Virus record (IMG/VR): IMGVR_UViG_3300013767_000214
Coordinates: 1-35,387 of that record
Direction: 5' to 3' (one strand)
DNA length: 35,387 nucleotides
Origin: a virus
Lineage: Duplodnaviria; Caudoviricetes
Part shown: piece by piece, positions 1-8,010 of the stretch
How the letters are laid out: each line of letters opens with the position of its first letter
How positions within the stretch are numbered: the first letter of the stretch is position 1
The notes under the pieces: generated by a model
Seen by the model: the letters and a program-made list of their open reading frames with translations, nothing else
What the model was told of the DNA's origin: nothing
The model's database searches: none
Made by a program: the position numbers and the translations under genes

Positions 1-81
1 GGTCCTCTCCTGGTCGGACGGGCATGTGCCTTACCGTACACGAGCGGATTGCGCTTGCAAGGCGCGGGATAGATCAAAATG

Positions 82-618
82 TTAGCGGGCGATGGCTCTG
101 ACGTAAGCCTGACAGGCCTGCAGGGCAATCAGTCCCTGATCGCCGGCGTCGGTGATGCCGATAATTCGTTGAGCATGCGCCGGGTCAAGTCGGGCTCGCG
201 CGGCTCCATGAACCAGGCCGCCGCTGGCGGTGGTGGCGGGCACTGCACAGCCAGGGGCGGCATCACTGGCGTCGAGGAGGACTGACAGGCGCAGATCAGC
301 AGTGGCAAGGCGGTCGCGCAGGCGACCTTGATCACGTTGTGCATCGCTCAAGGCTCGGTAATGGGTTTGGTCATTGGCCTGCAGCTGTTGTTCCAGCGCC
401 AGACGTTTAGCCTGTTCGGCCTGCTGCTGGGCAGCGGCCGTCTGGCTCAGTTGGTTGAGCGTTTCGCTCTGCGCCCTGGCAATGTCCGCCAGCTGCCGGC
501 CATAACGCCAATCCTGAATCTGCCAGGCCAGCGCCGCCGCACCGCCGGCCACAACGGCCAGCAGCACAGCGATGCCGATGGCCCGGTAAGACGTCGGAAT
601 CAGGTCGAGGACTGGCAT
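82..618 (-). CDS. Rz-like inner-membrane spanin (i-spanin)
   Basis: N-terminal TM segment (AIGIAVLLAVVAGGAAALAW), WQIQDWRYG, long coiled coil, C-terminal ALQACQAYV; overlaps the endolysin 3' end. Confidence 0.9.
   Translation of the reverse strand: MPVLDLIPTSYRAIGIAVLLAVVAGGAAALAWQIQDWRYGRQLADIARAQSETLNQLSQTAAAQQQAEQAKRLALEQQLQANDQTHYRALSDAQRDQGRLRDRLATADLRLSVLLDASDAAPGCAVPATTASGGLVHGAARARLDPAHAQRIIGITDAGDQGLIALQACQAYVRAIAR
129..344 (-). CDS. Rz1-like outer-membrane lipoprotein spanin embedded in Rz
   Basis: Alternate frame fully inside Rz; signal peptide with lipobox-like LLICAC, then Pro-rich CPPPPPAAAWFM. Confidence 0.8.
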   Translation of the reverse strand: MHNVIKVACATALPLLICACQSSSTPVMPPLAVQCPPPPPAAAWFMEPREPDLTRRMLNELSASPTPAIRD

Positions 619-1163
619 AACACCGCCCTCGCCCGCGCCCAGAGCTGCAGGCGATCATCCAGCCCGTTCAAGCCGCCATTGATCCGACGGGTGATGCTGT
701 TGAACTCATCCCGGTCCGCCAAGGCATTGAGCCCGTTCTGCGCCCAGAACCAGGCCGCCGACTCGGCGGCCCATTGCGGTTGCTCCAGCAGTTCCGGCAG
801 GTTCAGGAGACGCTCATCGCCAAACAGCCCGAGACTGCATTGGCGATAGTTAGCGCGGCCGGTGATCTGAATCAGCCCTCGACCGCGAAAGCGCTGGCCG
901 TCGCCGTCGGCTTCCGGGGTATTGCCCAGACGGGCAGCCAGCGGCCCCGTGTCGTACTTGGCCAGATACTGGTCACTGCCCAGCTCGCGGACATAACGCA
1001 ACTGCCCGGACTCATGGCCGACTTGCGCGAGGAAAGCAGCAACGCGTTTTGGGGTATTGATCTGGCGATTGGACATGGCGCCATTGAGCGCAGAAACGAA
1101 AACGCCCGCTTGGGAGCGGGCGTTGGGCATGATCTTGAGCAGTTGCCCTTCGGTTACAGGCAT
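600..1163 (-). CDS. Glycoside hydrolase family 19 endolysin (pyocin lytic enzyme)
   Basis: AAFLAQVGHES, FRGRGLIQITGRANY, SAAWFW and ITRRINGGLNGLDDR motifs. Confidence 0.95.
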   Translation of the reverse strand: MPVTEGQLLKIMPNARSQAGVFVSALNGAMSNRQINTPKRVAAFLAQVGHESGQLRYVRELGSDQYLAKYDTGPLAARLGNTPEADGDGQRFRGRGLIQITGRANYRQCSLGLFGDERLLNLPELLEQPQWAAESAAWFWAQNGLNALADRDEFNSITRRINGGLNGLDDRLQLWARARAVLCQSST

Positions 1164-1177
1164 GAAGTGGTCCTCAC

Positions 1178-1786
1178 TTATTTATCTTTAGCGCGAAAGA
1201 GCGAAAGCAGCGGATTCGTCGACCCCTTGGGTTCAGACAAGATCAACGTCGGCCATTCGACATCAAGGGGATAACCGGGTTGTTGTTCGATCCGGTTCAG
1301 TGCCACGCAATAGCGTTTCCAGTCCAGCAGGGCGGACTTTTCCTCCGGCGTGGCATCCCCCAGGTCTACGGCGTATTGAAGGGGGGAGATGCGCATGGCG
1401 GCTTCGCGCAGGCGGCTGTCTCGATCTTCCAGTACACGTGCCTTATCACCCGCTTCCTTCGCCGACAGATCAAGTTGCCATTCTCCATCGCGCCAAACGT
1501 AATACTGGCCGGGCCAGGGCTTATCGGTGAAACCATCAGGCAACTCGCCTAACTGTTCCCAGGTCGTCGATACGCCTGTCTGCGTTTGAAACACAGTGCC
1601 ACGGCGGTCACGTAGTTCCTGGGGAAGACCGTCAATCCAGGCCCATACAAAACCTTTTCCCGGCTGGGCAAGCTCATTAGGCAACTCGACGGCATTACTC
1701 GGTAATTGCACACCCAGCCCCGGAACGACAGGAAACGTAATAGGCCCAACCAATTGGTAGGCGCTGTCGATTAAATAATTTGGCAT
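1178..1786 (-). CDS. Tail fibre assembly chaperone C5 (Tfa-like)
   Basis: Follows fibre F5; C-terminal PLQYAVDLGDAT..E...L..WKRY.VALNRI.QQPGYP..VEWP; ATG 1786 chosen for the GAGGT RBS. Confidence 0.85.
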   Translation of the reverse strand: MPNYLIDSAYQLVGPITFPVVPGLGVQLPSNAVELPNELAQPGKGFVWAWIDGLPQELRDRRGTVFQTQTGVSTTWEQLGELPDGFTDKPWPGQYYVWRDGEWQLDLSAKEAGDKARVLEDRDSRLREAAMRISPLQYAVDLGDATPEEKSALLDWKRYCVALNRIEQQPGYPLDVEWPTLILSEPKGSTNPLLSLFRAKDK

Positions 1787-1793
1787 GTACACC

Positions 1794-2873
1794 TCAAATC
1801 AGTTTGATTCGGCCGGGGTAGGCAATGTTCCGCGGACGAGTAACACCACTGTGATTCATCAATTCAGCATCAGGTAGTTGTGTTACAGCGACATTCGGCC
1901 AGATGTACTTAACGGTACATCCTGGATATGCAGCCAAATAGCCAACATCAAAGCCCAGTTGCTTCTTCTGGTTGAGCATGTCAGTGGCAAATATGATGTT
2001 GTCTCCAATGCCATTGTCCCCATGCACCAACGACCCCTTTTGCCAGGTACCCGGTGCACGCTCAGGGTCGACAATATGCCCCTCGGACCACACCCGTAAG
2101 AACTCGCCCCGGGCCTCAGGAGTGCGGAAAGTCGTGGAGCCATCCCCCGGAGTCCATGCACCGCCGCGATCAAGTTCGGGGCGTAACATTCCAGACTGTT
2201 GCGCGTGGTCCCAGAGCCATGGCCACTCGGCGCGATTAAGGATCGAGCCGTTCAGAGCACCGTAGCCTCCTGGCATCAATGCCACGGTTGTTTCAAAGAC
2301 AGGACGCCCCAACGCCGTTCCATCAAACCGCCCTACAGGCCACCAACTACCGGCACCGTCACTGCGCAAATGCCACCAGTCTCCCGCCCCCATCAACACC
2401 AGAAACGGATAGCCGCTGGCCCGCAAGTGCGTGTGAAACTTCAGAGTGTCAGTACCAGAACATTGGACAACCAGCCGGTTACCGCTGTTATCCACTCGCC
2501 GCACGATGACATCACGAACACCTAACGCCGCATTGGCAGCAGGCAGAGTGATCGTGAGCGTATTGGCATCGCCATTGACCAACACAAGCCCCAATTCTTG
2601 AGGAAGTAACACTTTGGAGTCGGACAAACTGGTCACCAGAGAACGCATTGGGCTCTCTTTCGCCATGATCACCTGCAAAGCCTTCAATAGTTGCTCAGTG
2701 TCTGCTTCAGACGGTACCAGTCCCGCACTCGCAATAACCGTCAGCAATTCCTGGGTAACACTGTTACCCCATGTCGCGGGGATCAACGACCCCGGTGTCC
2801 CGGCCACCGGGTTTTCATCGACAAACTTGCCATTCACCAGCCCTATACCGGGTACACTTTTTGGATAATCCAA
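1794..2873 (-). CDS. Tail fibre F5 (359 aa, TTG start) with collar-like domain
   Basis: Shared MDYPKS..GLVNGKFVDENP..GTPGSLIPA.WGN N-terminus; GDGSTTFRTPEARGEFLR collar motif; terminal TRPRNIAY. Confidence 0.9.
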   Translation of the reverse strand: MDYPKSVPGIGLVNGKFVDENPVAGTPGSLIPATWGNSVTQELLTVIASAGLVPSEADTEQLLKALQVIMAKESPMRSLVTSLSDSKVLLPQELGLVLVNGDANTLTITLPAANAALGVRDVIVRRVDNSGNRLVVQCSGTDTLKFHTHLRASGYPFLVLMGAGDWWHLRSDGAGSWWPVGRFDGTALGRPVFETTVALMPGGYGALNGSILNRAEWPWLWDHAQQSGMLRPELDRGGAWTPGDGSTTFRTPEARGEFLRVWSEGHIVDPERAPGTWQKGSLVHGDNGIGDNIIFATDMLNQKKQLGFDVGYLAAYPGCTVKYIWPNVAVTQLPDAELMNHSGVTRPRNIAYPGRIKLI

Positions 2874-3054
2874 TATTTCGCTCCTTATTGGTTTTCCACT
2901 GATTGACTGGCGAACGAACCCGCTGCAGTGCTCAGGGCACTCCAGTCAAAACAATATTTAACGGTTAAAAAACTAGAGACTTGTTATCTGCACCCGGCAG
3001 CGCTGGCGATGGCAAGTGTCAATCCGGTTTCTGTACACAAAACCAAAGCCGGTC

Positions 3055-3561
3055 TCAGGAAAGAGAAGGTTCTACTGGCTGCACGGGCTTTCTGACGCGC
3101 TTTTTCCTCACAGGCACGGCTGCGATACTTGCAGGGGCGATCAATACCGGCCGTTCAGCCAACTCTGGAAACTTTTCCGTGGCAGGCCAGTTCCGCAAGT
3201 CGCGGCGGTAGGTTTGCAAACTCTCATATTCCGCCGCTGCTAACGTGGTTCCCCCACCTGCCTCCAGTTCATCTCGATGCCTTGAAACAATACCGTCCGT
3301 TGCAGCCAGTTGAGCATCACGCCAAACGCGTTCACCAAGTATCAACGCCTCCTCCGAAAGGGAAGGGGGATCGACAAGAATCGGATAGCCATCAGTTGCA
3401 CGCGCAGCAACTTTTTTAGGGCTTGTAGCCAGTTGCATCAGTATGGACTCCCAATACCCTCTGCTGATTTTTATTACATCAGCGGGTATATCCTGATCGT
3501 TAAGCCCAACCAAGTAGACCCCACAAGTGCTTGGACTAAATAAAACCATTGCATCATTCAT
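3055..3561 (-). CDS. Tail fibre assembly chaperone C4
   Basis: Abuts the F4 stop; FSPSTCG.Y..DIPAD N-terminus, ERVWRDAQL...RHRDE...YRRDLRNWP C-terminus. Confidence 0.8.
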   Translation of the reverse strand: MNDAMVLFSPSTCGVYLVGLNDQDIPADVIKISRGYWESILMQLATSPKKVAARATDGYPILVDPPSLSEEALILGERVWRDAQLAATDGIVSRHRDELEAGGGTTLAAAEYESLQTYRRDLRNWPATEKFPELAERPVLIAPASIAAVPVRKKRVRKPVQPVEPSLS

Positions 3562-4461
3562 TTAGAATCCCACCGCACGATATTTGACAAGCCAACCTGC
3601 CGAAAACTGTCCGGCCATATTCCAAAGTTTCAGTGTACAGCCCTGCTTGGTGTCAGAGCCGATAGCAAGGATAGCTACAGCACCACCGCTCCCCACATGA
3701 TTTGCAACAATTGAACTCACTGCATTCGGAAAAGAGACCGGAAACGTAACATAAGCATTCCCACTAGCATCAGTTACACCACTCCCCCACTGTTCAATCA
3801 TTCCGCTTGGGTGTTTCTGAAAACCACTTACTCCCAGACTCGATGAAAACATTGGCGAGTATTTCAGTGCGGCATCTCCAGAGTCCAAGCTCCAGCCTCC
3901 GCCCCTAAGCCGTCGAAAAACGGCGACAGCGCCAGATGCAAAGGAGAAAGGACCATTGTCTCCATTATAAGCGCTCAGCTTTTCTCCATTTTTAGCTTTT
4001 ACTGAAAAGTTACCAGGTGCCAACCAGGAAGAGGTGATCGTAATAATCGACCCCGCCGGAACTGTTGAATATTCGGGAAGAGTCGCTGTTGCAGCTGCAT
4101 TGACAACCGACAATCGACCTACATCCGCACCGGTTAGAACGACATCACCTGTATAACTTGTTTCCCCTGCACAACTACCGATAGCTCGCTGTACGAATTC
4201 GGTTGTGGCAAGCATTCTGCTGGAGTCAAACTGCGAGGCGGTCTCAAATAGACCGTTACCGCGCAGAGCAGCTAATAGCTGAGTATTTAGCCCCTCTGTG
4301 GGCACTATCCCAGCAGCTTGAATTACATTCAGCACTTCCTGTGTAACCGCATTCCCCCAACTCGCCGGAATCAACGACCCCGGCGTTCCGGTAACCGGGT
4401 TTTCATCGACAAACCTGCCATTCACCAGCCCTGCGCTGGGTACACTTTTTGGATAGTCCAC
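3562..4461 (-). CDS. Tail fibre F4 (299 aa, GTG start), gp53-like C-terminal domain
   Basis: Shared N-terminus; LATTEFVQ repeat motif; GFQKHPSGMIEQWG...VTFPVSFPNA...YRAVGF; visibly lower GC. Confidence 0.9.
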   Translation of the reverse strand: MDYPKSVPSAGLVNGRFVDENPVTGTPGSLIPASWGNAVTQEVLNVIQAAGIVPTEGLNTQLLAALRGNGLFETASQFDSSRMLATTEFVQRAIGSCAGETSYTGDVVLTGADVGRLSVVNAAATATLPEYSTVPAGSIITITSSWLAPGNFSVKAKNGEKLSAYNGDNGPFSFASGAVAVFRRLRGGGWSLDSGDAALKYSPMFSSSLGVSGFQKHPSGMIEQWGSGVTDASGNAYVTFPVSFPNAVSSIVANHVGSGGAVAILAIGSDTKQGCTLKLWNMAGQFSAGWLVKYRAVGF

Positions 4462-4532
4462 TGTTTATGTCCTGATCTGATTTCTATTGACCAACCCACA
4501 GGCTGGAGCGATCTGCAGTGCGCGCCACATAC

Positions 4533-4556
4533 AAAAACGTCCGCTCAAGGCGGACG
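4533..4556 (-). terminator. Intrinsic terminator between C3 and F4
   Basis: Minus strand CGTCCGC-cttga-GCGGACG-TTTTT. Confidence 0.65.
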
Positions 4557-4617
4557 CTGGGTCTGATCGACAACACTGCAGTGATCCTTCAAATGCGATT
4601 CGATACCCCGGAATCGC

Positions 4618-5100
4618 TTACGGCCAGGAGAGCATCCCTGCCAGCCAATGCGGCGCCTCGGGACGGGCGGTTGCTTCGGGGAAATGACTTGAGGCCGGCC
4701 ACTCGCGCAGCGCCTGGCGGTGTTCCAACAATTCCAGGTACTGCTGCGCCGTGAGCGTCGTGCCCCGACCCAGGTCTTGCTCATCGCGATGCCTTGCAGC
4801 CAGCCATTGGCTGGCTGCAAGGCTGGCACTGCGCCACTGGCGCTCTTGTGTCACGGGATCTTCGCTGGCGGTATTCAACGTATCGGGGGCTGATAAAACT
4901 GCCGGTGTCTCCGGCGCGGGCAAAGGCTCAGCCGTCTGTTCGATGCTCCGCACCTCTGCACCCAATTCAAGGTCAACGCCCTCGGGAACCGGCACCATCG
5001 AGGTCAGAAACTCAGGGGCGAACAACTCGGTAATCGCGTAGCCACCGGTATCGATCAGCTCAGCGACAATCCCTTCCTCCACACGTGCATACATGGCCAT
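4618..5100 (-). CDS. Tail fibre assembly chaperone C3
   Basis: Abuts the F3 stop; C-terminus ERQWR..L...QWL..RHRDE...RQALREWP resembles C4. Confidence 0.8.
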   Translation of the reverse strand: MAMYARVEEGIVAELIDTGGYAITELFAPEFLTSMVPVPEGVDLELGAEVRSIEQTAEPLPAPETPAVLSAPDTLNTASEDPVTQERQWRSASLAASQWLAARHRDEQDLGRGTTLTAQQYLELLEHRQALREWPASSHFPEATARPEAPHWLAGMLSWP

Positions 5101-6021
5101 TTATGCGTACTCCCAGATTTCACAAAAGGCGTTGCCGCCCGCGCCACTCAGGCACGAGGCCGTCGCACTGTTCGAGCAACTACCGCCACCGCCTGAACCT
5201 CGAACACCGGGGTCCGCGTTGAGATTCACCCCGGAAAAGGCGCCCCCGCCATCGAATGGACTGGCGCCTCCGCCTCCAGATAGAAGCCCCCAATTCGGAT
5301 TACTCATTGCGTAGCCACCCGTCACACCGCGTGCACTGACGAGGTTGCCTCCCGTGACGAGTCTTCCACCGACGCCTCCCTGGATGAAAGCGACGGCGGG
5401 CATGACAAAGGTGCCCGCTGGCCCGCCCGCCCCGCCTGCAGCAGTCATGTAAATGCCAAAGGAGGCCATTCCTCCCGCAGCCCCCGTGGTATTTCGAGGC
5501 ACGCCACCAGCTCCCAGGGTAATCGGCACGCCCGCCAGTATTTCTGCGTTCACATCGAAGAGGCTCTCGGCGTAAGCACCTGAACCACCGCCACCACCCA
5601 AAGCCTGGGCGTTTCCCGTGACAGGCGAGCACCCGCCTCCCGAACCACCGGCCCCCACCAGCCGCACACGAATGCGTTTGGCCTTGGGGTCGGCGCGATA
5701 AACCGTGATCCCGACGGTGTCGAATTGCTTGACCGCCAGCAAGCGGCCTACCGCATCAGTGATGCCGTAACCGCTCAACGTCGTGGGCGTGTTTTTCAGT
5801 TTGGTGAAGTCGACCAATGCGCCAATGGCTTGCGCCAACTGATCGTTTTGGGCTTCGTCCGGCGTCAGCCCGGCTGCCTTGATGACATTCAGGATTTCCT
5901 GGGTCACCCCATTGCCCCAGGCAGCGGGAATCAGGGAACCCTGCGTGCCGATCACCGGGTTTTCATCAACAAACCAGCCGTTGACCAAACCGACGCTGGG
6001 AATACTTTTGGGATAGTCCAT
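5101..6021 (-). CDS. Tail fibre F3 (306 aa) with glycine-rich distal domain
   Basis: Shared N-terminus; PTTLSGYGITDA fibre motif; GAGGSGGG/GGGGGSGAY Gly-rich domain ending IWEYA. Confidence 0.9.
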   Translation of the reverse strand: MDYPKSIPSVGLVNGWFVDENPVIGTQGSLIPAAWGNGVTQEILNVIKAAGLTPDEAQNDQLAQAIGALVDFTKLKNTPTTLSGYGITDAVGRLLAVKQFDTVGITVYRADPKAKRIRVRLVGAGGSGGGCSPVTGNAQALGGGGGSGAYAESLFDVNAEILAGVPITLGAGGVPRNTTGAAGGMASFGIYMTAAGGAGGPAGTFVMPAVAFIQGGVGGRLVTGGNLVSARGVTGGYAMSNPNWGLLSGGGGASPFDGGGAFSGVNLNADPGVRGSGGGGSCSNSATASCLSGAGGNAFCEIWEYA

Positions 6022-6068
6022 ATCGTTGTCCTCCCGTCCTGTCTGATCGGGTTTCTTGAATGAATATG

Positions 6069-6094
6069 AAAACGCCCACTGAGTCAGTGGGCGT
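6069..6094 (-). terminator. Intrinsic terminator between the F2/C2 cassette and F3
   Basis: Minus strand ACGCCCACTG-act-CAGTGGGCGT-TTT. Confidence 0.6.
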
Positions 6095-6135
6095 CAGGCT
6101 GTGTGCAAGAACCGAGACTCAATACGAATCCGGAG

Positions 6136-6225
6136 ATTGATCCGACCGCTGAACATGGCACTGTTCAACGAAGAAATGAAAACGCCCGTTTGAGGACAGG
6201 CGTTGAGGAGGATTGCCCGGAGTTG
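6136..6225 (-). pseudogene. Degenerate 5' fragment of a GH19 endolysin gene
   Basis: Ungapped match to 1056-1145, 63/90 nt by hand count; reads QLRAILLNACPQTGVFISSLNSAMFSGRIN vs QLLKIMPNARSQAGVFVSALNGAMSNRQIN. Confidence 0.8.
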
Positions 6226-6383
6226 GCAACGGCTCCGGTTTTTTTCTTGAATTCCTTATACCGCTCATCATCCTGGGAAACGACGCCTTGGTTCTCCCAA
6301 ACACTCGCATCCTGCACAGCCGAAAACTCCGCGATAATCGCTTTTCGTTCTTCACTGTCGAATTGAACGTTGATCACATCCAT
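6165..6383 (-). CDS. Small fibre-associated protein C2 (putative chaperone)
   Basis: GGAAG RBS just after F2; VQFD......IIA.F...QD...W.NQG.V..DDERY; last ~20 codons read out of frame through the endolysin remnant. Confidence 0.65.
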   Translation of the reverse strand: MDVINVQFDSEERKAIIAEFSAVQDASVWENQGVVSQDDERYKEFKKKTGAVANSGQSSSTPVLKRAFSFLR

Positions 6384-6395
6384 AACTTCCACCTG

Positions 6396-7364
6396 TCAAT
6401 TAAATGAATAGCCGCTTATGTAAACTTCAAACAGCGCAGTGCCTGCCGTGCTCTGGCAAGTCATATAGACGGTCTGACGGGTGACCACCGGAAGCGAATA
6501 GTTCCCTGCAATACCAGCACCTGGAGCAAGCTGACTATTAATAATCTGCTGCCCTATTCCAGCACCATCGGCATTCAAAACTAGAGTTACACCTGAAAGA
6601 GCGGTAGAGCTATTGGCTATTAAAAGCTCACCACTAATTTCAAACGCGTTCGGCGGAACAATGCCTGAAATTGATAATGGTGAAGCACTCAGGATCGCGA
6701 AACCGCTATAGGCGGAGTGCAGCGGTATATAAACCTTGCGCCCTCGCTGCGCACCGACCTTGAACATCCCTGATTCATTTGTTGGCCAGACACTGATCAA
6801 TGCGGAAGCGTTATATCCGGCGGGCATTCTGGCGCCATCGTAGACGCCAGCAGCGACCGTCGAGGTGCTGTTGACCGCCAGAATGCTACTTTCGCCAGTG
6901 ACTGAGTTGTAGATGGCATAAAGCGCCACAAAACCATTGGTCGGCGCAGCACCGGCATCCATGCCTCCGGCACCGACGGTGGCGAGGTTTACCGTTTTGC
7001 TGAAGTTCGCCAGTCGATAACCCGCCCCGCCCATGGTTGGCTGAACTGTCACTTCATCAGCCTTGAAGGTGCCTGTAAGAGAAGCGACTGGTATTGAAAA
7101 ACTCGCATTCCTTAACAGTCCGGAAATAGTGCCGACCCGTTGCGAGGAAGCATCCACCAACTTCTGGATCGCCTCCAACAGTTGCCTGTTGTTTGACTCC
7201 GAGGCACTCAAACCGGCGGCACCAATGACCCCCAGGATTTCTTCAGTGACCCCATTGCCCCAACTGGCCGGAATCAAAGATCCCGGCGTTCCGGCTATTG
7301 GGTTTTCATCGACAAACTTGCCATTGACCAAGCCTACGCCGGGCGTGCTTTTTGGATAGTCCAT
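6396..7364 (-). CDS. Tail fibre F2 (322 aa)
   Basis: Shared N-terminus (MDYPKSTPG); NLATVGAGGMD.G.AP..GFVALYAIYN...MPAGY.ASALISVW distal domain. Confidence 0.9.
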   Translation of the reverse strand: MDYPKSTPGVGLVNGKFVDENPIAGTPGSLIPASWGNGVTEEILGVIGAAGLSASESNNRQLLEAIQKLVDASSQRVGTISGLLRNASFSIPVASLTGTFKADEVTVQPTMGGAGYRLANFSKTVNLATVGAGGMDAGAAPTNGFVALYAIYNSVTGESSILAVNSTSTVAAGVYDGARMPAGYNASALISVWPTNESGMFKVGAQRGRKVYIPLHSAYSGFAILSASPLSISGIVPPNAFEISGELLIANSSTALSGVTLVLNADGAGIGQQIINSQLAPGAGIAGNYSLPVVTRQTVYMTCQSTAGTALFEVYISGYSFN

Positions 7365-7494
7365 ACTTTTCTCTAAGTGTATTTGATCCGCACCGACCAT
7401 TAATCAAGGTGCAGTAGGCGTAAAAGATCGCCCATCAAGAAAGGGCGTTAGTGTTCTTTACAAGAGGCTCAATCGAACCCGACACGGGCCCTGA

Positions 7495-8010
7495 CTACTG
7501 CACCAAGTCACTGACGACCTTGCCAATCGCCTGAACTGCGTTATCAGCCACTTCCCGAGCCTGTTCGGTCTTGCCCTTGGCGAGCTGCGCCCGGATCTTT
7601 TCCTTGGCCTTCAAGCGCAGGGTGCGCAGGGCCAACACACGGTCATTGAACTCGGCCGACTTATCGAGAATATCGTTGGCGGCCTCTTCGGCGGTCCGGC
7701 CCTTGACGGCCCAGGCGCCTACGGACAGCGGGACGGCTTTTGGGGGATACCCCGCCTCCTTGAAGGCCCGGGCGTCGGCGGCAGCGTTCGCATATTCCAT
7801 GGCCCGCAGCGGATCCCCGGTAATGGCCTGGCGCGCGCTGTCTGCCGCGGCGTCCACTTGAGCGCAAAGGCGCTCTGCGTTCGGGGCTTCGACCTCGACC
7901 GCTTTTGCCGGGTCGAGCACCCATTGAGCGCCATCCCAGTCATGGGCTGGCGAGGGCTGTACAGGACGCAGCTCATCGTCGAATTGATGCATTTCCTGAA
8001 TGACTTTCAT
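7495..8010 (-). CDS. Fibre-associated chaperone C1
   Basis: ATGA overlap with the F1 stop; PSPAHDWDG.QW and VDAAADSAR...GDPLRAMEY. Confidence 0.75.
   Translation of the reverse strand: MKVIQEMHQFDDELRPVQPSPAHDWDGAQWVLDPAKAVEVEAPNAERLCAQVDAAADSARQAITGDPLRAMEYANAAADARAFKEAGYPPKAVPLSVGAWAVKGRTAEEAANDILDKSAEFNDRVLALRTLRLKAKEKIRAQLAKGKTEQAREVADNAVQAIGKVVSDLVQ

Noticed and set aside
1-81. cinA gene and its promoter
   Set aside because: Only a minus-strand RBS-like AGGAGAGG and a weak TTGCAA-16-TACGGT are visible; the gene lies outside the window and its identity is expected from synteny only
3031-3046. LexA/SOS box (CTGTACACAAAACCAA)
   Set aside because: Right half-site is CAA rather than CAG, and no convincing promoter is associated
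7422-7447. Terminator after C1
   Set aside because: Only a 5-bp stem (CGCCC/GGGCG) with a 9-nt loop and an interrupted U tract; at best degenerate
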